Below, piece by piece: positions 1 to 9,279 of a stretch of DNA of 44,242 nucleotides; position 1 is the stretch's first letter; the number at the start of each line of letters is the position of its first letter. Source of the DNA: Candidatus Woesearchaeota archaeon (lineage in GTDB: Archaea > Nanobdellota > Nanobdellia > Woesearchaeales > UBA12501); assembly GCA_016177345.1 (NCBI GenBank), contig JACOVM010000077.1:1-44242 (forward strand), in the 5' to 3' direction. Below the pieces are notes generated by a model. That model was given only the letters and a program-made list of their open reading frames with translations, made no database searches and was not told where the DNA came from. The position numbers and the translations under genes were made by a program.

Positions 1-443
1 ACATTAATTTTTGAATGTATCTCTTCTATTGCTTTCTTAACACTTCTACTTTTAGTTTCTATATAAATATCTATGTCACTATCTTTTTCAGCCAGCCCTT
101 TTGCATAAGAGCCGAAAAGGATAATCAGCTTTTCATCGGTTTTCTTGAGAATCTCCTCAAAAATAATAATTAATTCTGGATTATCACGCAATAATTTAGT
201 TAGCTTATGCAGCTCTGCCTTTAAGACGTACGTACGTGAGCGGATATCCTGCTTTAGGTAAAAGATTTTATTCTTTCCCTCTGTTCTGGAATCAATTGCC
301 TTATTTTTTTTAAGGTCATTTAATTTTCTTAAAACAGTAGAATGGGGCTCGTTGAGCTGTTTAGCAATACCCCTAACGTGATTATCTGACCTCAACAATA
401 ATTCGATAATGTCCAGCTCAAGATTGATCCTTTTTTGAACCAT
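1..443 (-). CDS. HTH + minimal nucleotidyltransferase (MNT-type, TA-antitoxin-like), C-terminus cut by window edge
   Basis: My own reverse-strand translation from the ATG (complement of 441-443) gives MVQKRINLELDIIELLLRSDNHVRGIAKQLNEPHSTVLRKLNDLKKNKAID...LIILFGSYAKGLAEKDSDIDIYIE. It has the GS-x9-DxD nucleotidyltransferase signature, stays open to position 1, and is a paralog of 8176-8754. Confidence 0.7.
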   Translation of the reverse strand, partial: MVQKRINLELDIIELLLRSDNHVRGIAKQLNEPHSTVLRKLNDLKKNKAIDSRTEGKNKIFYLKQDIRSRTYVLKAELHKLTKLLRDNPELIIIFEEILKKTDEKLIILFGSYAKGLAEKDSDIDIYIETKSRSVKKAIEEIHSKIN

Positions 444-695
444 ATGTATCAAATATGAACCAGATATATAAAAAGGTTTCTGTTTTGAACGAGCTGGCCC
501 CTGAGGCTTGCCTGGTAAAGCGGACATTGTTCATAGTGGTTCCCCATTGAAAAAAAAGCATCAAAAATTCAGCTGTAGTGCGCTATTGGCTGCAAGGCAT
601 ATGCCCCTTTTTTGGCTTCATTGCCTCATTTTTTGAACGTTGTTTTCTGCCAACCCCGAATTTTGGCTTGCGGAAAAGCTTTGCAGAAAACAAAG

Positions 696-703
696 TTTAT
701 AAA
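696..703 (+). promoter_or_regulatory. TATA box (TTTATAAA) for the first giant gene
   Basis: Exact TTTATAAA preceded by an A-rich BRE-like stretch. The GTG at 731 lies about 30 nt downstream, consistent with a near-leaderless transcript. Confidence 0.45.
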
Positions 704-730
704 CACGCCACTCCTGAATCAGCCTTAACG

Positions 731-3700
731 GTGAATCCATTGACGGCACACCATCAAAAGAGGCTGATCGTTGTACTTCTGAGTATGATCCTCCTTCTAC
801 CTATTGGTTTGGCAACGATTCAAGAAGAGCATGCCGAATTAAGAGGCGATACTGACTATTGGGTGCCTGGTGCGTATGCGGATGCGGTGAGTATATATTA
901 TGATGTTGATAGTTCTGGTTCGATCAGAATAGGGGGAACCTGCACTGATGATGCAGATTGTACAGGGGGAACGTGCATTGCGGGAGCATGTGATTATGCT
1001 GGTTCACCTCTTGCGAATCCCTCAACGCCACGAAGAGTAAGGCAATGCCTATTACAACAAAGAGAGGTAGTGGGAGTTCAAGACCATCGAGAATGTTTTG
1101 TTGGTCTTGATTCGTATGACTATGACAGTCTCTTCATCAGCAGGCCGCCAGGCTGTCTTTTTTCTGCTTATACCACCAATTCAGATAGTGGTGTGTATTA
1201 TTATAGCACAGCGGCAAGTGGCATTCTTCAAGAAGGAACAGTTCTCCATCAGTCCAGCAATAATGCTGAACTATTAGATTTTGTGACAAGTGACTCTCGT
1301 GCTTCTGCTAGTGATTCCAATAATAATAACGGGCAAGACGCAAACCTTCTCTTAGAGTTCGCAAAAAAGTATAGCCCACGGCGAAATAAGGCTTCAGTGG
1401 ATAATGGAAGCAGTACTATCGCTAGAATGGGGGAACTGCTTTGTTATGCTGAGCAATGGATTATTTGCGATGTAACTGATGATTTTTATGAGTTTGGAAG
1501 TGGTAGAAACGGCTCTGGTGACATTTATGAACGCTATCCTGATGGCACCTGGATAACCCATGAAGGCCGCCTCTATCGCTATCCAGTAATCACAGAATCA
1601 GGAGTAAGAGTTTGCAGCTCTGGAGAATGGAGGACGAGAGGAGAAGTTATCGCAGCGCTTCCTGATCATACAGAAGAGTGTGAGACGAATTTTGATTGTG
1701 ACGACAAATTCGGTACACCCTTTCGTGAATATACTTGTCATGCAGGAGTATGCCTCCATACTGGACAAAGATATTGTGGTAGTGATGATGATTGCGATGT
1801 ATACGGCACGATCTGTGATGAAACACAACACACCTGCAGGGTTGACCGTGACAAGGATGGCTATAACGAGATCAATATCTTCACTGGAGAGCAAGTTGAC
1901 TGCGAGCCATCGAGCCTTGACGAGGCTGGAACATACATTGATGAAACTTCACAGGATGTGTGCAATAACGTTGATGGCAGCGGATTATCCAAATGCACTG
2001 AAAATCCTGAAGTATACGGCGGCTGCGCAAGATGCGTCAATCCTGGTGCTGAAGAATTTATAGGGGATAATGTTGACAATGATTGTGATGGAATCACTGA
2101 TGGGCGTATCGTCACGTTGGACATAGAATTGTACGATGCTGATGATGATAAGTACCTTTCCCATTTGCCACCTGGCTTTGCAAGCCTCGCTGACTTTAAT
2201 GATGTTCTTCCCGACGAGACGCAGTTCTTAGGAATAAATGACTGTAGAGACAAGGATCATGAGCTTGAGGACTTATCAGAAGAAACTATCTCCTCATTTT
2301 ATGCCATCCATCCCGGAGTCACCACAGAAGCCCAAATCCTCTCCGCCATCAATCCCGGCGCTGCAGAAATATGTGATAGCGTTGACAATAATTGCGATGG
2401 AACCATAGACCCGAGTGATTGTGATCCTGATACTTCTTCAGTGTTGTGTGAGCTGGATGGTGGAACGTGGATTGCTTCAGAAACTGGCGGAGGGGGAGGC
2501 TGCTGTGGAGATGACTTTCCTGTACGGCTTGAAACATTTATTGCTGCCGACGCCACTACAGAGTACAGCGCGTGCCTCAATTCAGTGCCAGTAAAAAATG
2601 ATGCAACCGGCGGCAGGCATATTATCTATCCCGGAATGGAAGAGGATGCGCCTGACTTCTGGGATGGGCCGGTGCGGCCTGCCGAGGATGGCATAGCAGA
2701 TAGCGTCGTGATAGAGATAGCAGGCAGCGAGTATAGCACAATAGACACTATTCATGTTCCTGTTCCTAGCTATCTTCATGGAAAGCGATTGCGATTCACC
2801 GCGGAAGCAGAGGTTTCTTCCAGCCTGCCAATAGGGGGAGAGATCAGCTTCATCCAAACAGAATATAGCAGTGGTACTGGAACAGATACACCATTGTCCG
2901 AAGAAATCCCCTTGTACGTCACAAGAGGAAGCTATCAGCAAGTTATGGCAGAGGTAACCATTGGAACTGTTCCTTCTGCTGGAGCAATGCCGCCACGGCG
3001 AGAAGTGAGGATCAGCGTGCATCGACCAGATGTATCCAGCGTGATCAAGCTCCGCAACATCAAACTATTCTATGAAGAGGAAGCAAAGGTCTTGCTGTTC
3101 AACAACGATTTTTACGCCTGCCAGGCAACACCGTTTATTGAAGATTTGAAAATGACCAATAACAATGGCAATCTCTTATCAGAAGATGCTGTTGCGGAAG
3201 AGAATTTTATGGGCGAGTGCGCCAACATTGGAAGCTGGTACTGCTCCCTTCATGATAATCCTGAACGAGCATTGTGGGACTTGCAGAATCCTTTGGCAGC
3301 AGAGCCATGGGACACGCCGAAATACATTCCTGCAGAGGAAGACGATGCATTATATAGAATCGAAGGCCCGACAAAGGGATGCTGTGCAGAATCACAGTGC
3401 TGGACTGGAATGACGTGCAATCCATCGGATGCAGAAAGCCCTGCGCGCGTGACTGGCCTGAGCTTGCTGAATGGCAACAAGTACATCTGCGACGCTGGGG
3501 TAGAGAAAACAGACTTTGCAGTCTGGAAGCCGGCAGTTGAAAAAACTGACCAGTTCGGCAATCCTGGAGGAACGTGCAGCTGGGACATGTGCTACTACAA
3601 TGCAGGGCTTCTATCGTCAAAAACTGATGACACATGCGTCAGGCATGGCTTCTTTCCGCCAGATGATGCACACAAGCCAGATGCATACTGCAATCAGGGA

Positions 3701-5692
3701 GAATGGCGGAGCAGGACGATGTTGCTGGCAGAACAATTGCTCGATCTCGATTACACCAGTGTAAAGAACGACGTTTATGCCCTTCATTGCGGCAAGCCAG
3801 ACAAGGTGTTGCTGGAGAATATTCCTGCGTTTTATCGTGAAGGGTGTGATAGCCATTCTTGCGTCGAGAGCGTGTGTGTGATGCAAAGCATGGGGCATAC
3901 GGTCATGGGCTTCGTACTTAATAATCCTATTGACGCATCACGAGAGGTGTCTCCAACAAAATTTGAAAAGTCCTTTATCCAAGCGCTGAACAAGGATGAG
4001 TTCGAAACAACAAGCAATCCTGCTGTTGTCGGCAATACTCACTTTAATTATTGCGATGACGCTATCGTTGGAGGCGACAAGTATTCGAGATGCAGTGGAA
4101 ACAGCCAGCTCTGGCTGAATCCGACAACAAACACGCTCTTGTATAGCGAAAAGAATTTTGGCTTTGATTCAGGTACTTTTGACTGGTTCCTCGGCTTTTT
4201 AAGAATTGGAATAAGCAGCCTCGAAGCAAAATCTTTTGTTCGAGAACAGCAAACCAGCGTGAAAGAGCTGTATCTGAGCAGCAGTTCCAATGACCAGAGC
4301 ATTTATGGAATTATCCATACCGCAGCAGGGCCGGAACGAATGGTGGTTGACTTTAACAATATCAAATTTAACGTGTGCGACAAGCTGAAGGATCATGCTG
4401 GGCTAACGTGCACGCCATACGCTTCCCTTGGCAAGTGGAAGTTTAAGGTAGAGAGCGACACGGACTTCAGCTTGTGGAAAGATCTCACGTCAAAAACACG
4501 AATGCCGCTTACCGTTGGACATCCAGATAGCCGTCCTCCTGCACCAACAGGAATGGCAGTTCTCACTACTGCTTCCAGCTCCTTGGGGGGATTGTTTGGC
4601 TCAACGCTCAGCGTAGTTACTGGAGCAGTAACCTCAACTATTTCAAAAACAGCGCTGTTTTCCAGAGAAAGCACAACCATCCATCTTGATTTTGACGATA
4701 GCGAAAAAGATTATGAAGCGTACACTATTAACTTTGGTGATGGAATATTGAAGAGCTCAACAAATTATAATGATCTCCAAGAGGTAACTCACACGTACAC
4801 GCTTCCTGAAGGGGTAACAGAACCAGAAACATACGACCTAAACGTGTACGTGTTAGTTGAGGACCAAACAAACCCAGCAGACCCTATCAGTGCAAAACGC
4901 TTGGCAAGTGGAGACGATATTGATGTACAGCCTCATCCGTACGACATCGACCATGACGGTGATGGGCAGACAATTAATGAGGGGGACGCGTGTGATGCTA
5001 TTCCAGAACGGCAAGCATGTGCGAGTGACACTGATTGTGGCAGTGGGCTTCGATGCATTGAAGGATTATGCGGAGGAGTGCCGACGATTTCACTAAGCTT
5101 GTTTATAGAAATTCCTTGTTTTGGAAGCGACTGCCCTCCACCCCCCATGACTATATCAAGCCCAACCATTCAACAAGCAAGGCCTATCCCGAATGAGTAT
5201 ACCTGTTATGGATTCGGAACAAGTCCACCGCTGGAGATTAGAAATATTCCGGAAGGAACTGAGAACATTTATGTCCTGATTACTTCATCAGGAAGAGGAA
5301 TTATTTATTCATATTGGGCAATTCAGATTCCTGTTTCTGGAATTAGCTCAGTAACTATCCCTGAAGGGGGTATACCAGATGGTGCTACTATCCGCTCTTC
5401 TTACACCCCTATCTGTCCCCGTTCAAGTGTTACCCTGGTTGATTTCACAGTACTGGCAGCAGACGATAGTGATGAACTTGGTCGAGCAAGCTTTTCGGCA
5501 TACGCCCCCGGCACTGGCGCCCCAATAGTATCTCCAGAAAAGAAAAGCACATGGTTCCTCGAGTGGTGCAATGATGGGTTGGATAACAACTGCAATGGGG
5601 TTGATGATGAGGCTAGCTGTGTTGAAAAGCCGCAGCGGCCTGACGTAGATGACAGTGATGAGTGGGAAAAAGGAACTGTTTTTCCTTCATAA
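731..5692 (+). CDS. Giant secreted Cys-rich surface protein (~1650 aa)
   Basis: The maximal ORF is 578-5692. GTG 731 gives a Sec-type signal (HHQKR + LIVVLLSMILLLPIGLA). Also present are repeated C-x2-D-x-D-C-x2-G-x2-C modules, three PGAxE..DN[DN]C[DN]G metal-binding-type motifs, a DIDHDGDG Ca-type motif and a degenerate PEBP/YbhB-like C-terminal segment. Confidence 0.85.
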   Translation: MNPLTAHHQKRLIVVLLSMILLLPIGLATIQEEHAELRGDTDYWVPGAYADAVSIYYDVDSSGSIRIGGTCTDDADCTGGTCIAGACDYAGSPLANPSTPRRVRQCLLQQREVVGVQDHRECFVGLDSYDYDSLFISRPPGCLFSAYTTNSDSGVYYYSTAASGILQEGTVLHQSSNNAELLDFVTSDSRASASDSNNNNGQDANLLLEFAKKYSPRRNKASVDNGSSTIARMGELLCYAEQWIICDVTDDFYEFGSGRNGSGDIYERYPDGTWITHEGRLYRYPVITESGVRVCSSGEWRTRGEVIAALPDHTEECETNFDCDDKFGTPFREYTCHAGVCLHTGQRYCGSDDDCDVYGTICDETQHTCRVDRDKDGYNEINIFTGEQVDCEPSSLDEAGTYIDETSQDVCNNVDGSGLSKCTENPEVYGGCARCVNPGAEEFIGDNVDNDCDGITDGRIVTLDIELYDADDDKYLSHLPPGFASLADFNDVLPDETQFLGINDCRDKDHELEDLSEETISSFYAIHPGVTTEAQILSAINPGAAEICDSVDNNCDGTIDPSDCDPDTSSVLCELDGGTWIASETGGGGGCCGDDFPVRLETFIAADATTEYSACLNSVPVKNDATGGRHIIYPGMEEDAPDFWDGPVRPAEDGIADSVVIEIAGSEYSTIDTIHVPVPSYLHGKRLRFTAEAEVSSSLPIGGEISFIQTEYSSGTGTDTPLSEEIPLYVTRGSYQQVMAEVTIGTVPSAGAMPPRREVRISVHRPDVSSVIKLRNIKLFYEEEAKVLLFNNDFYACQATPFIEDLKMTNNNGNLLSEDAVAEENFMGECANIGSWYCSLHDNPERALWDLQNPLAAEPWDTPKYIPAEEDDALYRIEGPTKGCCAESQCWTGMTCNPSDAESPARVTGLSLLNGNKYICDAGVEKTDFAVWKPAVEKTDQFGNPGGTCSWDMCYYNAGLLSSKTDDTCVRHGFFPPDDAHKPDAYCNQGEWRSRTMLLAEQLLDLDYTSVKNDVYALHCGKPDKVLLENIPAFYREGCDSHSCVESVCVMQSMGHTVMGFVLNNPIDASREVSPTKFEKSFIQALNKDEFETTSNPAVVGNTHFNYCDDAIVGGDKYSRCSGNSQLWLNPTTNTLLYSEKNFGFDSGTFDWFLGFLRIGISSLEAKSFVREQQTSVKELYLSSSSNDQSIYGIIHTAAGPERMVVDFNNIKFNVCDKLKDHAGLTCTPYASLGKWKFKVESDTDFSLWKDLTSKTRMPLTVGHPDSRPPAPTGMAVLTTASSSLGGLFGSTLSVVTGAVTSTISKTALFSRESTTIHLDFDDSEKDYEAYTINFGDGILKSSTNYNDLQEVTHTYTLPEGVTEPETYDLNVYVLVEDQTNPADPISAKRLASGDDIDVQPHPYDIDHDGDGQTINEGDACDAIPERQACASDTDCGSGLRCIEGLCGGVPTISLSLFIEIPCFGSDCPPPPMTISSPTIQQARPIPNEYTCYGFGTSPPLEIRNIPEGTENIYVLITSSGRGIIYSYWAIQIPVSGISSVTIPEGGIPDGATIRSSYTPICPRSSVTLVDFTVLAADDSDELGRASFSAYAPGTGAPIVSPEKKSTWFLEWCNDGLDNNCNGVDDEASCVEKPQRPDVDDSDEWEKGTVFPS

Positions 5693-5723
5693 TGCCCTTG
5701 TACAAACCATTTTCACATGATCC

Positions 5724-8060
5724 ATGATTCGTTCAAAAGCACAATTAACCGGATTTATCCTGCTCGCCGTAGTTCTCCTGGTGCTCATCACAACGCTAGT
5801 CGTTCTCTCGAAAGCCTCAGAGATGAAAGAGCTAGAAAAAAAAGCTCACCGGATTCAGGAGCAGCTGAAGCAAACAGGAACAGTCAACACGTACATCACC
5901 AGATGCCTTCAGCAAAGTGTTGAGCAGCCTCTTCTAAAAATTCTTCGCCAGGGAGGAGAGTTTGCGCCTGTAGCAGGAATGTTAAGAACGAACTCGACGC
6001 TTCTTACAGTAGGAATCGAGCAGGCGCAGCAAGATTTCCCGCCAGAATATCCAATACCAAAAACACCTTTGGATGATCTTCCAGCGTACCCATTCGGCAA
6101 GCCAAGCTTGCCTCCCTTGTGCGAGATTGGGGGGGCGAATGATCTTTCACTGCACGAGTTCGCGTATCCCTGCCCAACAGGATCATACGGCACGGCATCG
6201 ATTCAAGCACAGCTCGAAGCCTACTCAGCACGAATGCTCACGGAATGCGCCAACACGAGCATGATGCAGGAACTATCCCAATCCGTTATTAAAACAGAAG
6301 AGCCTAAGGTAGAAATTGTTCTCGGAAAGAATGATATTACTGCGATCGCCCACTACCCTATTGTTATTGACATTGATGGAAAAGAAGTAACGAGGCTGAT
6401 GGACTTTGAGATCGTGCTTCCCATACGCCTGAAAAGGATGTATGCCGTGGCAGCGTTTGCGGCAAGAACAGACAGCCTGCTGCTCGGCTTTTCTCCAGCT
6501 ATGATTGGAACAAATAGCTCTTACAAGATCGAGGATTTTGATGACCACATGGACGTGAAAGGAAAAGAGATCGAGAACGGAACAATAATCCAGCTTACCG
6601 ACCGCCTCTCTGGTATCCAAGGCAAGCCGGTCGTCTTCCAATTCGGCAGAGAAAACAGGAGGCCTGCGCTGGACTACATTCACCACAACGAAGATGAAGA
6701 ATATGACATTCGAGTGGAAGAAGGCGAGATGGTTAGAATCAATGTCCGGGCAATTGATCCTGATGAGCTGAATCATCTTCTTCGGTATACCATAACCTTA
6801 AACAATGTTGAAGCGGTTGTGCCTCCGGGAGTGCACGAATTCGAGTTTCCACCAGGGATTCATGAAATGAGGGTAGAAGTGTGCGACAAGGGAGGATTGT
6901 GCGACTGGCAGGACATCAAGATTTTAGTGAGTGTTGTTGAGCTTGGCGCGAGCGGCAGCTCAAGCAGTGGAATTGGCTCATCAACACCGAGTACAGGGCC
7001 AGGTCCGTCTGGAACAGGAAATGGGTCTGGAAGGCCAGCCCCAACACGTCCATCAACGATATTAACCTCAACGAGCACATTGTATGGTGATTACAAATTC
7101 ATCACCAGGCAAGCTGCAACGCTAGCGTCGAGAACCGATGCCATCCTCCTTCATGCAAGGCCAATAACGAAGGAGGGTTTGGAGGATCTCTCCTCAGCTA
7201 TTTCTCCATTCAGCGATGAAGCAAACGATATCTTCAAGCTTGAAATAGAAGAAGAATGCTTCGAAGGCAGCTGCGCAAGATCTTACAAAATTAGCACGGC
7301 AAAGGCATGCACTGACAAATCAGGATCAGAGACAGAGCGGTGCAGCGCATCAAAAGGCCAATATGCCTCAACAGAAACTCTCACGTGCGTGAACGCGCTA
7401 GCATCAACGACGATAGAAAAGCAGCAGGGAAACAGCACTGGAATCTGCAATCCGAGCGCTGCGCCAAGTAGCCCAACTGGAAATTACGATAGTGGCGGGC
7501 CGTACCAGTGCAAGGCAACATGTAACTCCTTTGGAAGGTGCTTAAAGCCAGTAGAATGCTCCTGCGCTTCCGGTGGAGAATATACCGGAGATGCAGCATG
7601 CAACAATATTCCCTTTTCCTCATTTGCAGCGAGCAATTTCGTGTTTGGAACAGGGGGAACTGTTTGTAATGCCCAATGCAAGGTTGTCAGCCTTGATGGT
7701 AGTGAAGAAGCGTGTGAGTTTGCAAAAGGCCCTGGTGCATACTCTGCAGGAAGATGCTGCCGCGGCTGCGTTACCGGCTCAGGAGAATGCATTGACAAAG
7801 AACGGATCAGCACAGACAAAACAGGGTTTTGCTCAAGAGCAGCAGAACTGCTGGCGTGCAACTCATTGCGATTCTGCACGAGCCAGCCATCGAATCAGGA
7901 ACGCACTGACTCTGGATATGTATATTGCGGAAATAGCGGTGGAGGCAGCTCAGGCTTCGCCTGGCAGGCTACGCCAGCTGGGCTTGGCGGCGCGTGCAGC
8001 ACTGGCGGCTTCTGTCGAGAAAATACTGCTATTGCCCAAGGGTATTATGCCTGCCAGTGA
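5724..8060 (+). CDS. Pilin-signal surface protein with beta-sandwich, S/G/P/T linker and Cys-rich C-terminal third (778 aa)
   Basis: The N-terminus MIRSKAQ/LTGFILLAVVLLVLI is class III signal-like. A linker SGSSSSGIGSSTPSTGPGPSGTGNGSG is followed by a C-terminal ~250 aa dense in Cys. The start lies 31 nt after the previous gene. Confidence 0.8.
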   Translation: MIRSKAQLTGFILLAVVLLVLITTLVVLSKASEMKELEKKAHRIQEQLKQTGTVNTYITRCLQQSVEQPLLKILRQGGEFAPVAGMLRTNSTLLTVGIEQAQQDFPPEYPIPKTPLDDLPAYPFGKPSLPPLCEIGGANDLSLHEFAYPCPTGSYGTASIQAQLEAYSARMLTECANTSMMQELSQSVIKTEEPKVEIVLGKNDITAIAHYPIVIDIDGKEVTRLMDFEIVLPIRLKRMYAVAAFAARTDSLLLGFSPAMIGTNSSYKIEDFDDHMDVKGKEIENGTIIQLTDRLSGIQGKPVVFQFGRENRRPALDYIHHNEDEEYDIRVEEGEMVRINVRAIDPDELNHLLRYTITLNNVEAVVPPGVHEFEFPPGIHEMRVEVCDKGGLCDWQDIKILVSVVELGASGSSSSGIGSSTPSTGPGPSGTGNGSGRPAPTRPSTILTSTSTLYGDYKFITRQAATLASRTDAILLHARPITKEGLEDLSSAISPFSDEANDIFKLEIEEECFEGSCARSYKISTAKACTDKSGSETERCSASKGQYASTETLTCVNALASTTIEKQQGNSTGICNPSAAPSSPTGNYDSGGPYQCKATCNSFGRCLKPVECSCASGGEYTGDAACNNIPFSSFAASNFVFGTGGTVCNAQCKVVSLDGSEEACEFAKGPGAYSAGRCCRGCVTGSGECIDKERISTDKTGFCSRAAELLACNSLRFCTSQPSNQERTDSGYVYCGNSGGGSSGFAWQATPAGLGGACSTGGFCRENTAIAQGYYACQ

Positions 8061-8144
8061 CCATCAAGAGCCTTTTGGACAAAAGCATAGATGGTTCTTA
8101 AAAAATTCATTTGGTTACATATATCACCATTTGGTTTTAGAAAA

Positions 8145-8152
8145 ATTTATAT
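8145..8152 (+). promoter_or_regulatory. TATA box (TTTATATA) for the MNT-HEPN pair
   Basis: TTTATATA lies 31 nt before ATG 8176, the same spacing seen at several other genes in the window. Confidence 0.4.
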
Positions 8153-8175
8153 AGTTGCTATTGTTACCATCCAAT

Positions 8176-8754
8176 ATGGCAAGGCTCATGAAAAAACAAG
8201 GGCAAATCAGCCTTCAAGAGGCATACCAAAAGGCCATGCTATGGTTTTTTGCCTTCCCCGACCAAACCATGAGCCTTAGTGATCTTGCAGCAAAGCTCAA
8301 CATCTCAAAAACGACAGCCAACCATGCTGTTGCCAAACTAAAGGGGGAAGGCTTTCTCGAGGTAAAGGAATTTGGGAGGGCATGGGGCATTACCTGCAGA
8401 AAAGGCCATGCCTACCATTATTCAAAAAAAATAGCATATAACCTCCTGCTTGTCTATGCATCCTCAATAGTAGAAGAAGTAAAGCGAGCTGTCCAAAATC
8501 CCTTGTCCATTGCTCTATTTGGCAGCTACAGAAAGGGAGATGATAACGAGCATAGTGATATTGACATTGCGGTAGAAGTGTTGGGCAGCAAAGAATTAGA
8601 GATCATTGAGCTCGGCACCTTTCCCCTATTTGGGTATAGAAAAAATGTGAAGCTCAACCTCCATGTTTTCTCTAGAAAAAAAGTAGATAGCAATCTTTTT
8701 GCAAATATCGCCAATGGCATTGTGCTTGATGGCTTTCTTGAGGCTAAGCCATGA
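8176..8754 (+). CDS. HTH + minimal nucleotidyltransferase (MNT-type antitoxin-like)
   Basis: A wHTH-like N-terminus (LSDLAAKLNISKTTANHAVAKLKGEGFLE) is followed by LFGSYRKGDDNEHSDIDIAVE (GS..DxD). The maximal ORF starts at TTG 8155, but ATG 8176 fits the TATA spacing. Confidence 0.75.
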   Translation: MARLMKKQGQISLQEAYQKAMLWFFAFPDQTMSLSDLAAKLNISKTTANHAVAKLKGEGFLEVKEFGRAWGITCRKGHAYHYSKKIAYNLLLVYASSIVEEVKRAVQNPLSIALFGSYRKGDDNEHSDIDIAVEVLGSKELEIIELGTFPLFGYRKNVKLNLHVFSRKKVDSNLFANIANGIVLDGFLEAKP

Positions 8755-9152
8755 TCCGTCAGAAAGTACCTGACAAAAAGAACGCACTCAGCATCATTGA
8801 GGCAGCAGAACATGACATGAGATTCACCCTCACGCTTCCAGCGACGGAAGCTGCTGGCCCAACTCTCGTCAGAAACATCTACGAAAGCTTTAGGATGCTT
8901 GGAGATGCACTTCTCATCGCAAGAGGAATCAAGGCTGAGGATCATGTCACCCCAATACAAGAGCTGATAGCATTGCCGGTGAAAACAGAGCGCCCATTGC
9001 AAGTTATTGACCGGCTAAGAACGCTGCGGCACAACATTAATTATTATGGCTACAGGCCAACGCAAGAAGAGGTTGAAGAAGCGATTTCCATAACAAACAT
9101 GTGTTTTCACCAACTCCTTCATGCGGTGAAAAGAAAGGTAAATGAAAAGTAG
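8751..9152 (+). CDS. HEPN-domain protein (cognate toxin-like partner of MNT)
   Basis: ATGA overlap with the MNT gene. All-helical 133 aa with an R-x5-H motif (RLRTLRH) at the position typical for HEPN. Confidence 0.6.
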   Translation: MIRQKVPDKKNALSIIEAAEHDMRFTLTLPATEAAGPTLVRNIYESFRMLGDALLIARGIKAEDHVTPIQELIALPVKTERPLQVIDRLRTLRHNINYYGYRPTQEEVEEAISITNMCFHQLLHAVKRKVNEK

Positions 9153-9206
9153 TGAAGAAAAAAGCAGTAAGCCTGGTTACACCATTCCATCAATCCAACA
9201 ACAACC

Positions 9207-9214
9207 TTTATAAA
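9207..9214 (+). promoter_or_regulatory. Candidate TATA box upstream of the 1959-aa gene
   Basis: Exact TTTATAAA lies 73 nt before ATG 9280. A GGTGA Shine-Dalgarno-like element at ~9270 suggests a leadered mRNA here. Confidence 0.3.
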
Positions 9215-9279
9215 TGCAGGTTGCTGGAAAATAGCTGGGTATACTGGATTTTAAGAGAGATACGTATCGTGGTGAATCA

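Noticed and set aside
578-730. A 51-codon N-terminal extension of the first giant ORF (MRYWLQGICPFFGF...).
   Set aside because: It contains the TATA box (696-703) and would bury the signal peptide internally. GTG 731 gives a canonical n/h/c signal, so the extension is most likely untranslated.
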